Shown: in pieces, positions 39,366 to 50,962 of the stretch
Numbering within the stretch: position 1 is the first letter of the stretch
How the letters are laid out: every line of letters begins with the position of its first letter
NCBI RefSeq assembly: GCF_006345805.1
Contig: NW_021834841.1
Span: 1-50,962, forward strand
Source of the DNA: Octopus sinensis
Taxonomy: Eukaryota
Length of the DNA: 50,962 nucleotides
Reading direction: 5' to 3'
The notes under the pieces: model-generated
Databases searched by the model: none
Seen by the model: only the letters and a program-made list of their open reading frames with translations
Told to the model about the DNA's origin: nothing
Made by a program: the position numbers and the translations under genes

Positions 39366-39708
39366 TGTATGTATGTATGTATGTATTTATATATAATTTG
39401 AATATTTTTTTGTCCAAAAACAATAAAAGCATAAGAAACATCGGATATAAAAAACACAGTCCTACAATGATACAATGCAGAATTTCATAACAAAGTTAAG
39501 AAAATATTACGTAGATTTACGCTAATAATTATTGCCTTATTAGAATTGGAAATATATTCCTAATTATAAACAGTAATTAAAAATAATAAATCATATTCAA
39601 ATAGCGACAATTATAAACTTTTGAACATAACATGCCTGTGTTAGTAGTATACACACGCACGCACGCATGCACACAGACACACACACATATGTATACATGT
39701 ATGTATGT

Positions 39709-39742
<34 letters not shown>

Positions 39743-40092
39743 GTACATATTTACAAATATACGCGTAAATATATGCGTGCGTATGTGTATAGGTGCATAG
39801 TAAACAACGTACACTTTTGAGCCTTTGTAAAACAAAACAGCCTGTGCTTATGCCTATGTATATCTATGTGTGTCTATGTGTGTGTATATATATATATGTA
39901 TATATGTGTGTATGTATGTATGTATGTATATATGTATGTATATATGTATGTATGTATGCATGTATGTATGTATGTATGTATACCCTGACAGAGAGCGAGG
40001 GATACATATATATACTTATATACATATTATTATTGTTGTTATTATTATATTATTATCATTATTATTATTACTATTACTATTATTACTATTAC

Positions 40093-40143
<51 letters not shown>

Positions 40144-40312
40144 AAACAGTTTGATTCGGTTCCAAGTAACTTAAAGTTTTCCGGGTTTCTAACAAAAAAC
40201 CCTTCTCATTCAGACTTAGGTTACCGCTGTCCATTCAGTGGTACATATATGTATATATATGTATATGTATATATATATTATATATATTATATAGATATAT
40301 ATATGTGTGTGT

Positions 40313-40345
<33 letters not shown>

Positions 40346-40427
40346 ATTGTAATATATTATGTATATAATATATATTATGTATATATATATATATATATAC
40401 ATATATATATACATATTATATATATAT

Positions 40428-40476
<49 letters not shown>

Positions 40477-40558
40477 TATATACATATATATATACATATA
40501 TATATATATACACACACACACATATATATATATATATATTGAATGTATACATTTACTC

Positions 40559-40601
<43 letters not shown>

Positions 40602-40719
40602 CACAAACACACATTTTATATGTATGTGTGCGTATATATGAATGTGCTGCCACACACCCTAGAAAGGGGCGATTCTCTACTCTTATCTATTTGGAACTTG
40701 GTGTAATTGTTTATCAGAT

Positions 40720-41155
40720 CGTATTCCTGGACGCTGCATCCTTTCAGATCACTTTTTCTTAACCATCTCCCAGTGTTGGTCTTGGCTTTTCCTTTGATTT
40801 CTCTCATCTATTGCCCATGCAATGATTTCATTTTCCAATTGTTTATTCTTTCTTCTTCACCTTGTTCTTCTAAATGCTTGTGGGTGCATCGCATTTTCAG
40901 TGGGTATTGTATTGTTAATTCTAACAGCGGCAACTAAGGATTCACTCTGCTCTTTGACGTATCAACCCAGACTGTTCTTCTCATTGACAACACAGGTCTT
41001 GCATCCTTTCACGCCTCTTCCTCTTTTGTTCTTTGGCACATATTGCCTGTCAGTATCGCCGTTTGGCTGTAGTTCCTTGATAATTGTCATCACTTTTCTG
41101 TTTTTTCTGACCATTTCCTTAAGCTCATTCTTTGTCCAGCTAACAACACATGCGC
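40720..41155 (-). mobile_element. R4/Dong-like LINE fragment (thumb/linker region)
   Basis: NWKMKSLHGQ*MREIKGKA...[10 protein letters not shown]; 5' end abuts (TAA)n on the minus strand. Confidence 0.7.
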
Positions 41156-41220
<65 letters not shown>

Positions 41221-41228
41221 TATTATCA

Positions 41229-41270
<42 letters not shown>

Positions 41271-41334
41271 ATTATTATTATTATTATTATATCTTATTAT
41301 TATTATCATTATTATTATTATATTATTATTAGTA

Positions 41335-41375
<41 letters not shown>

Positions 41376-41393
41376 TCATTATTATTATTATTA

Positions 41394-41628
41394 AAGCGGC
41401 AAGCTGGCAGAAACGTTAACGTGACGGGCGAAATGCTTAGTGGTATTCCGTCTGCCGTTACGTTCCGAGTTCAAATTCCGCCGAGTTCGACTTTGCCTTT
41501 CACCCTTTCGGGTTTGATAAATTAAGTATCAGTTACGCACTGGGGTCGAAATAATCGACTTAATCCCTTTGTCCGTCCTTGTTTGTCCCCTCTATGTTTA
41601 GCCCCTTGTGGGCAATAAAGAAATAAGA
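41394..41628 (+). mobile_element. SINE family B
   Basis: Full consensus; tail tgtttagccccttgtgggcaataaagaaataag. Confidence 0.92.
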
Positions 41629-41669
41629 ATCGTTTGCACGCCGAGCGAAATGCTTCGCGGTATGAAGCT

Positions 41670-42035
41670 TAAAGTCCCTGCTTTAATTCCTGAACCCTTC
41701 AGCCACTGATGAGTTGTTACTTGGTCTACACCAGCATTTTTGCCTTCGGAAGGAATGTCTGTTCCATCCAGGGGCTTCTGGCTCCAACGCTTCTCAATTT
41801 CTTTCTGCCCGTTCTTTTCTGCAGTCTGCTTGATTCGTTTTGGTTGCCAAGTTCCCCTTCTCCGAATTTACGAGCGTCTTTGACGACAGAGTGTGACTTT
41901 TTGCTGCTTTCGTGTTCGCACACAAGTCCCAGCATCCGGTCCTCTGTACTGATAAGTAGCTCTTCATTCCTATAGTGTGTAGATCTTATAGCACAGTTCT
42001 AATTACATGATTCCTCTTACCCAACTTCTTTTGGG
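41670..42035 (-). mobile_element. R4/Dong-like LINE fragment
   Basis: EIEKRWSQKPLDG...VDQVTTHQWLKGSGIK, corresponding to the WxxKPLHG / THQWL motifs; (TAA)n at its 5' side. Confidence 0.65.
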
Positions 42036-42058
42036 TGCTGCTTATTATTATTATTATA

Positions 42059-42109
<51 letters not shown>

Positions 42110-42203
42110 GTTGTTGTTGTTGTTGTTGTTGTTGTTATTGTTGTTGTTGTTGTTTTTGTTGTTGTTATTGTTGTTGTTGTTGTTGTTATTATTATTACTA
42201 TTA

Positions 42204-42564
42204 TCTATATATATATAAACAGCAAAATGTCTGTCTCTGTGTGTGTCCTTTATACAAATCCACAATTTTTCAGTTAGAGAGCTCGAACTTTCTGTGGTCA
42301 TTTAAAATCATCCAAGGGTGGTCGTGCACATCTTTACATTTCCCCAGTCACCCCGCAAAGCCGTCAAAAAATCAATAGAATTTTGTAAATTTTCTATCCA
42401 AAACCCAATCTAAATGCCTGAAACTTGATATGCCAATTGAATGCCAGCTAGCTGTATGTGATTGGTCGGAGATTTGGAAAGTACTCGCGTGTATGTGCGT
42501 ACGCACGTAGCTGTATATGCATGCACTAGCACTATGACCCGGCAACGCCGGGTCATAGTGCTAG
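42204..42564 (+). mobile_element. Non-autonomous Helitron (5'-TC ... hairpin-CTAG-3', inserted between A and T)
   Basis: A|TCTATATATA...; 19-bp perfect hairpin ACTAGCACTATGACCCGGC-AAC-GCCGGGTCATAGTGCTAGT; ends CTAG|T; no TSD. Confidence 0.8.
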
Positions 42565-42571
42565 TTATTAT

Positions 42572-42885
42572 TATATAGGACCGAGGTAACTCATCCAGAA
42601 TTTATACACAAATAAATAGAAGAGTGCCATATCGTGTGACATTGGTTGAACGATATTTCGGCATCTAGCGTGTCACTCTACTTCATTTTATTTTACAGGT
42701 CAGTCTATTCCATTTTACTTCTATTTATTTGTGTATAACTTCTGGATGAGTTACCTCGATCCTTTATAGTCTTAACAAAAAATGAAGTAGACTGACATGT
42801 AATTTTTGAATCTGTGGAAGGCAACGCTCGATGCCGAAATATCGTTCAACCAATTTCACATGATATGGCACTCTTCTATTTATTA
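42572..42885. repeat. Interleaved inverted repeats (A-B-C-A'-C'-B'), probable Penelope-like remnant
   Basis: 42583-42622 vs 42718-42757; 42613-42671 vs 42824-42882; short C blocks at 42679-42706 vs 42777-42802. Confidence 0.8.
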
Positions 42886-42888
42886 TAA

Positions 42889-42976
<88 letters not shown>

Positions 42977-43497
42977 TATTATGTTTTCTTTTATTCAGCT
43001 TTTAATGCTGGGGGGGTTGACTACGGTGTCAGCTGTTCACTGCCGGTGAACTGAGGTAACCGCCCTCATTTTTCAAACTGCAGCTCAGTGAGCCACATAG
43101 CAGCTCGACTCCCAAAAAACCAGCGAAAGTGGAAGAAAGCATTTCGTTGATATCTTCCACCTCGAACATGATTTCTTAATCCGTTGGAAAGCTTACCAAA
43201 AAAAAATAATAAAATGGATCCTCGAAATGCTAACTCAGTGCCAGGTAGGTGTAACGTTAAACCGTCTGGTACCATGACTCGCTACAGATTTCACTATAAA
43301 ATGCTTTTATGGCTGCACTAAATTCCCTTCAACTTTTTGTGCACCAAAACCTGCAACAGGTTGAACACGTGTTCATTAGGCGACGCCGATATTTTCTTTC
43401 AAAACAAAATCTATGCGATTAATGAAGCTAAATTCTGTAACTTCATGATAATCAGAAATGTTGATTTAAGCTGACTTAGTGCTTTTAGAATTAGAAT

Positions 43498-43537
<40 letters not shown>

Positions 43538-43611
43538 TATATATATATAATACAATATATATATAATATATATATATAGATATATAATATATATATGTAT
43601 ATATATATTAG

Positions 43612-43671
<60 letters not shown>

Positions 43672-43919
43672 CTTAGTAGGTCTTTGATCGGTACTGATTA
43701 GTTTCGGGCTTTGTAGTAAAGTAACTAAGTGGTAGGGCTGTTCTACTGGGGTAGCAATGCATTTATAAACACTTACACACACACACACACACACGCACAT
43801 ACACACATATATATAATGAATTAAGGTGTTCTTTTTCGGATATATGAACTACTGGCGATATACATACATTTATATATGTACATATATCTACATATATATA
43901 TATATATATATATTATATT

Positions 43920-44133
43920 TATTTATTGCCCACAGAAGGGACAAAGAAGGACAGACAGAGGGATTAAGTCAGTTACATCGACCCCAATGCATAACTGGTA
44001 CTTATTTAATCGACCCCGAAAGGATGAAAAGCAATGTCGACATCGGCGGAATGTGAACTCGGAACGTAACGGCAGACGAAATGCCGCTAAGCATTTCGCC
44101 CAGCGTGCTAACGAGTCTGCCAGCTCGCCACCA
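43920..44133 (-). mobile_element. SINE family B
   Basis: Reverse complement of consensus. Confidence 0.9.
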
Positions 44134-44459
44134 TTACATATACACACACACACACACACACACCACACACACACACACACACACATACACACACACACAT
44201 ATATACTTACATATACATACATATATACATGCATATATTTAGAATCACTTTACCCAGAGATAGAGATAAATTATTTTCTGATGAATTGCTTATATACTTA
44301 ATTTATCAAAAGAAAAAAAGATATAAAATGAAGATTTTCAAAACACAAACACCAGTACTTATTACACACACGCATATATGTGCGTATACCTATACTTATA
44401 CATCTAAGCACGCCACACACACACACACACACACACTTGTATATTTCTAGTGTATATAT

Positions 44460-44514
<55 letters not shown>

Positions 44515-44801
44515 TATATATGTACCTATGCGCTGTATGTAAGCATATTTATATATACACACATATACACACACACATACAAACATTTACCTATATGTGT
44601 ATACATATATTTTGTGTATAAGTATACATATGTGTATATATACAAATACACTTGTGTTTATAGGCTGTCATATATACACATACCAATGTTGAAGGATTAT
44701 GTGTTTACATGTCTTTATAAGTTTAGTGTACGTCTGTGCATATATATATATTATGTGTATATGTTTGTGTTGTGTGTGTGTGTGTGTGTGTGTACGCGCG
44801 C

Positions 44802-44849
<48 letters not shown>

Positions 44850-45000
44850 GTTTTTCTGTAGGGCATTCTATCTTTTAGAAATTACGATTGTCTACAATTA
44901 ATCAAAATTGAAACAATCTTTCTCTCCTTCTCTCTCTCTCTTTCTCTCTCTCTCTTTCTGTCCACATACACACATACATACATATACATACATACATACA

Positions 45001-45032
<32 letters not shown>

Positions 45033-45549
45033 CACACATACTCATATATTCATATACATATGCATTTATGTATTCGTAAAAATGTATGTCTATCTATCCA
45101 TCTCTCTCTCAATATATATATATGTGTGTGTGTGTGTATATGTATGTATGTACATATTCATATACATGTGCGTGTGTGGATGTGTTTGTGTGGATGTGTG
45201 TTTAGAATATGATACACGTGTTGATGCACATGTAAGGGAGACGATTATTTCTCATCTGTGTGAGCGAGTGGGTGTGTCTGTATCAATGCATGTGTAGAAA
45301 TGCATGTGTATATTATGCGTATATATTATATGCATGTATGTACACACACATACACACACATTCGTACGTATGAATCTCCTCTGGACGTTCGTGTGTTTCT
45401 GATTGCAGTTGTGACAATTATAATTGCTTTTTTTTCCTCTTGTATTCTGCTAGTTGAAGTTCTTGTTTCAGGAAAATTCTTCAAGGGAGGTTTGTTCTTA
45501 ATGCAAGAACAATTCTGAAATTGTCAGATTAATTGCTACACACATACAT

Positions 45550-45730
45550 CTACATATACACATATGCACATATGCACATATACACATATGCATATATACA
45601 CATATGCACATATACACATATGCACATATACACATATGCACATATACACATATGCACATATACACATATGCACATATACACATATGCACATATACACATA
45701 TGCACATATACACATATGCACATATGCATA
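45550..45730. repeat. 16-bp minisatellite (catatacacatatgca)n
   Basis: Direct reading, ~11 units. Confidence 0.9.
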
Positions 45731-45994
45731 CAGAAGTACACATTCACTCACATACATACGTTGTTTTTGTTTTGGGCTAGACTCAAAGTCCAAATTTCTT
45801 CGGCGACAGTCACATGCGATGTTACTGAAAAATCAGCAGAAGTGGTCACAGAAGGATTCAAAAATGAATAAATTATGTATTTTTAATGTATTTGTGTTTC
45901 TTTTAGACATCATGTGGCTGGAACACATCACAAATTACATTCTAAATATTATTTCTGTAGTTTATAGAACTTCATATAAATATATCTATGTGTA

Positions 45995-47200
45995 AGTGTA
46001 TATGTCTATATGTGTATATGTATGTATGTATGCATGTATATATGTATGTATGTATGCATGTATGCTGTATGTATGTATGTATGTATGTATGTATGTATGT
46101 ATGTATGTATGTATGCATGCATGCATGCACGCACGTACGTACGTACGTACGTATGTATTGAGTATGCATGCATGCATGCATGTATGTATGATGTATGTAT
46201 GTATGTATGTATGTATGCATGCATGCATGCATGCATGTATGTATGTATGTTGTAGGTATGTATGTATGTATGCTGCAGCAGGCATGCATTATGTATGTAT
46301 GTATGTATGGATGTTACGTTATATGTATGTATGCATGCATGCATGCATGTATGTATGTAGGTATGTATGTATGTATATGATGCATGCATGCATGCATGCA
46401 TGACATGCATGTCATGTATGTATGTATGTAGTATGTATGTATGTATGTATGTATGCATGCATGCATGCATGTATGTATGTAGGATGTAGTATGTATGCAT
46501 GCATGCATGCATGCATGCATGCATGTATGTATGTAGTATGTATGTATGTATGTATGTATGTAGCATGCATGCATGCATGCATGAATGTATGTATGTATGT
46601 ATGTATGTATGTTGCATGCATTGCATGTATGCATGTATGCAGTATGTATGTAGTATGTATGCATGCATGCATGCATGCATGTATGTTATGTATGTATGTA
46701 TGATGCATAGCTGCATGCATGTATGTATGTATGTATGTATGTATGCATGCATGCATGCATGCATGTATGTATGTATGTATGTATGTGTGATGTTGTATGT
46801 ACGTACGTACGTAAGTACGTACGTACGTATGTATGTATGTATGCTATGTATGTATGTGTACGTATGTTGTATGTATGTATGTATGTATGTATGTATGTAT
46901 GAATGCATGCCATGCATGCATTGTATGTATGTTGTATGTATGCATATGCATGCATGCATGCATGTATGTTATGTATGTATGTATGTATGTATGTACGTAC
47001 GTACGTACGTAGTACGTACGTATGTATGTACGTACGTACGTACGTACGTAGTATGTATGTATGTATGTAGGTTATTGCATGCATGCATGCATGTATGTAT
47101 GTATGTATGTATATATGTATGCATGTATGCATGTTGCATGTATAGGTATGTATGTAGGTAGTATGTATGTATGTATGTATGTATGTATGTATGCATGTGC
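45995..47200. repeat. 1.2-kb compound tetranucleotide array (TATG/CATG/TACG)
   Basis: Direct reading. Confidence 0.95.
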
Positions 47201-47344
47201 TTGTGTATGAGGGCGTATATATATGCATATTGTGTACGTTCGTATAAAGCAATCGAAAAATAAATTGCACCCCATGAAACTCAGAGAATGCTAACTCTGA
47301 TTACGGATAATTCAAATTATACACTCTAGTTCGGATATTAGTTT

Positions 47345-47552
47345 CAACTTATGGCACAAGGCCGGAAATTTCGGTGGGGAGTGAAGATAAGTCGATTACA
47401 TCGACCCCAGTGCTCGGCTAGTATTTATTTTATCGACTCCGAAATGATGAAAAGCAAAATCGACTTCGGCAGAATTTGAACTCAGGACGTCAAGTCGGAC
47501 GAAATGCTGCTAAGCATTTTGCCCAGCGTGCTAACGATTCTGCTAGCTTGCC
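47345..47552 (-). mobile_element. SINE family B
   Basis: Reverse complement of consensus. Confidence 0.88.
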
Positions 47553-47951
47553 AGATATTGAGTACATATTCTTCGATTTATTTCCACTAACAGATATATA
47601 TGATGCTCAGAGTTTCCCTTGCCTGCTTTTCAAGACTTGACGTTGTGATTAATAAAGTTTTTATATGTAATCATCTAAAAGAATTGAACCAGATATACTT
47701 AAAACAACTTTGGAGTGTGGAAGGGCGGTTATTGGTTACATTCAGCGTCTTGTGATCAGATACAGATGCTGCTTCGTAAATCATAACTTCAGTCGTTTGA
47801 AGAACGGGAACGAGAAAGTACAATTAGCGACTCAAGTAGTCACTGTTTTCAATAAAGAATATCATTTCATTTCACCCAACAGCATTGAAAATTTTTCCGT
47901 TTAATTGCACATTTCTCACCGGTGTGAAACCACAGGTGTGTGTGTGTGTGT

Positions 47952-48011
<60 letters not shown>

Positions 48012-48551
48012 GTGTGCGTGTATGTGTGTGTGTTTCAAGAAGAATATAGAAACTACAAGTGGAAATATATGGGGCAAGTATGAAGGAAAAAGCGAAAATG
48101 CACGTTGAATATAAAAAAAATAGTGGGTTTTTTTTAATGAAAAGTAACGATGAATAAATACAATTAGATGAACTGAGGTAGAATTAAGAGGAATTAAATT
48201 CGTTATTTTGAATTGATAAAGAGATTCCAAGTCAAACCGGTATCGTCATTGCTGTTCACTGGCTTTTCAAAGAAAATATTTCTCTCGGCGTTCACTATTT
48301 TCCCCCTCGTTCTGGTCTCCATGTTTGTTTTCGTTCGGTTTCCTTGTATGTCTCCACAGTCCTGTCTTTGTTCCCAACTTTGACCCTCCATTAAATCCAA
48401 AATTTTATTTTGGTATTTATGGGAGCAACTGTCTTTGAAGACTCATATTGTCGTTGATTGCTCGAAATGGGGAGTAGATAGACAGCCGACAACTGATCAA
48501 AGGTCGTTCTTTGTATTCTTTGTATCACTTGTCCTGTTCCATATATATATA

Positions 48552-48586
<35 letters not shown>

Positions 48587-48965
48587 ATATATATATATAT
48601 ATATATTATATAATATATCTATATATATATATATATATATATTTATATTTTATATATATATATATTTATATATTTATATATACTTACTTGAGGGAATATT
48701 ATTCCTAACTTACAGGGAAAAATTCAATTTAGAAATATAATAATATATTAAAAAGAAAAAAAAACACCTTTTAGTAATTCAAAATAAACAATTAATTACA
48801 CATCTAGAAAATTACATATAATACAATATTAAAAAATAAAAAATAAAATAACAATAATATACCGATGATTAAGTAAATTGCAAAATAATAATAACGTATA
48901 TATCTGGTAGAATAACAAATATATACATACATACATACATACATACATACACACACATACATACA

Positions 48966-48999
<34 letters not shown>

Positions 49000-50758
49000 C
49001 ATACATACATACATACATACATACATACATACATACATACATACATACATACATACATACATGCATACATACATACATACACACATAAGGCTTCTTGTGT
49101 TATTTGAAAAGCAGTGATTAATCAGTTTCGCAAATACCCGACAGGCTGGTTAAAATACGTTATTAGCATATCTAAGCATGTGATTGCTATTGCATACTTG
49201 CTATTAATGACCTTCAAAGAGGCAATATCTGGATTTACCAACTCTACTGTCGATCATGATCGCTTTTCTTCTCCTACTGATATACTAGGCGTCTACACAT
49301 ATTGCTTTCTCAATATAAATACTGTAGTTTTCTGGCTTTCAGAAGTATGTCCACGGTGAATAGCTATTTTGAACGAATGTCGTGTTGAATTTATATTCTA
49401 TTTTGAACTAATACTGAACTAATACTGCTTCCATCGCTAATGTGTGTGTATGTAATTATGTATGTATGTGTATATGTATGCATGTATTTATGTTTATATG
49501 TATGTACGTATATATACGTATGTGCATGTATGTATACAGACTCACACAAATTTATATGTATATACATATGTATATATATTTATATATATACATATATGTA
49601 TATGTATATATATATATACATTACATATACATACATGTATATATATACATATATGTATATGTATATATGTATATATGTATATATGTTTTTATATATATAT
49701 ATATATTGTTTATATATATATAATCTATATATATATATATTATATATATATATATATTATATGATAGATGAGTGTATTTTTTCCCGTTAACAATTAACAC
49801 GGAAAAATAGATAAATAGTTACCTTTGTTTGTATGTATGTTTGTATGTATATAATTTATGTATACAATAAATAATATATATAATATATGTATGGAATAGT
49901 ATCAGTGATATCTTCGAAACATGTGTCGGAAGTAAAAGTTTTTGAATTATACCTGCGTTAAACTCCATTTATATATATAATCAATTCGAGGGCGTTATAA
50001 CTACATTAGGAATAATGTAATCCAAGAAATTCCCCCGGTTGATCTCTATCCTATAATGCGAAAGTCGCTCCTACATATATTACAGATTATTGTAATTGAA
50101 TATATTATTAATTGAAGGAAAGAAAATGGAGAGAATTGGATGTAGGAAACATTTATTTGTATGTTACAATTACAAATACATTGATTATAAGTTGTAAATG
50201 CTCCAAAAGAATTTTTAAAACCTACATACGTTTCTGTGCTGTCCCCTAGTTGATTAGAAATTCTAAGCATTTGGTTAAATGCTAAGAAAAATGTCATATT
50301 CTAACTATATGGGGTAGAACTACTTCAGAGTCTTTATGAGCTTGTAGGGCTTACGTTATCATTTTTGAAGGAAGCATGTAGGGTTTATAGTGGATTAAAG
50401 AAGTTAAATGCTATATATAATAAATGTATCTAGGTGGTGAGTTATAAATATTCATGAATAATAAAATAAAGTAAAAACTAAATAAAGTAGAAATAAATAG
50501 ATGCAAACATTTTTTTTAGATAAATAGACAGATGGAAATTAAGTAATATACATATGTGTCTGCATGTATAGTAAAAAATATATCATTTCTAAAAAATGGA
50601 AAATATATATACAATAGGATATAAATAATGATTTAAAGGGAGAAGGAAAATAACACCTTAGAATGTGAGATAGTAAATAAATGAAGGATAGGTGAGAAGA
50701 TAAGGGTTATTATTTATTTATTTATATATATATGTGTGTGTATGTGTGCGTGTGTGTA

Positions 50759-50820
<62 letters not shown>

Positions 50821-50962
50821 TGTGTGTGTGTGTGTGGTGTGTATGTATGTATGTATATATGTATATATATATATATATATACATACATCCGTACATACAT
50901 ACATATGTATTGTATTTAATGTATGTGTGTGTGTGTGTGTGTGTCTAAGTACGTATATATGT

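Noticed and set aside
41707-41720. CTGATGAG hammerhead-like core
   Set aside because: No downstream stem II/GAAA; it is the antisense of the THQW codons of a Dong fragment.
49940-50700. AT-rich stretch considered as a mitochondrial insertion (NUMT)
   Set aside because: No recognisable mitochondrial protein, tRNA or rRNA motif in the frames I examined, including under the invertebrate mitochondrial code.

Overview
AT-rich eukaryotic (animal) genomic DNA, almost certainly from an octopus or related coleoid cephalopod. That assignment is inferred from recognisable tRNA-derived SINE families and extreme microsatellite density, not from a database search. No host protein-coding exon can be firmly supported; one candidate promoter/first micro-exon lies at ~22.9-23.1 kb on the minus strand. 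Nearly all ORF-track entries are microsatellite translation artefacts. The window is a mosaic of three tRNA-SINE families, R4/Dong-like (RLE) LINE pieces embedded in (TAA)n, Tx1/L1, RTE and CR1/L2-group LINE fragments, two mariner relics, a piggyBac-type MITE, Helitron-type non-autonomous elements and a Penelope-like GIY-YIG fragment. The standout is a ~99% identical head-to-tail 401-bp duplication at 35062-35858, flanked by (TA)n. Each unit carries an intact minimal type I hammerhead ribozyme (CUGAAGA / GCCA:UGGC / GAAA / palindromic ACUGCAGU / GUA cleavage site / UCUUA:UAAGA), the layout of a retrozyme or Penelope pseudo-LTR that could release a 401-nt circularisable RNA. Three further fold-back loci (14.2, 27.1, 42.8 kb), a second copy of the 14.2 kb family at 34.6 kb and a half-site at 49.9 kb contain degenerate hammerhead cores. 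Two apparent SINE-LINE shared-tail partnerships are also visible. All structures were read by eye and none has been tested computationally.
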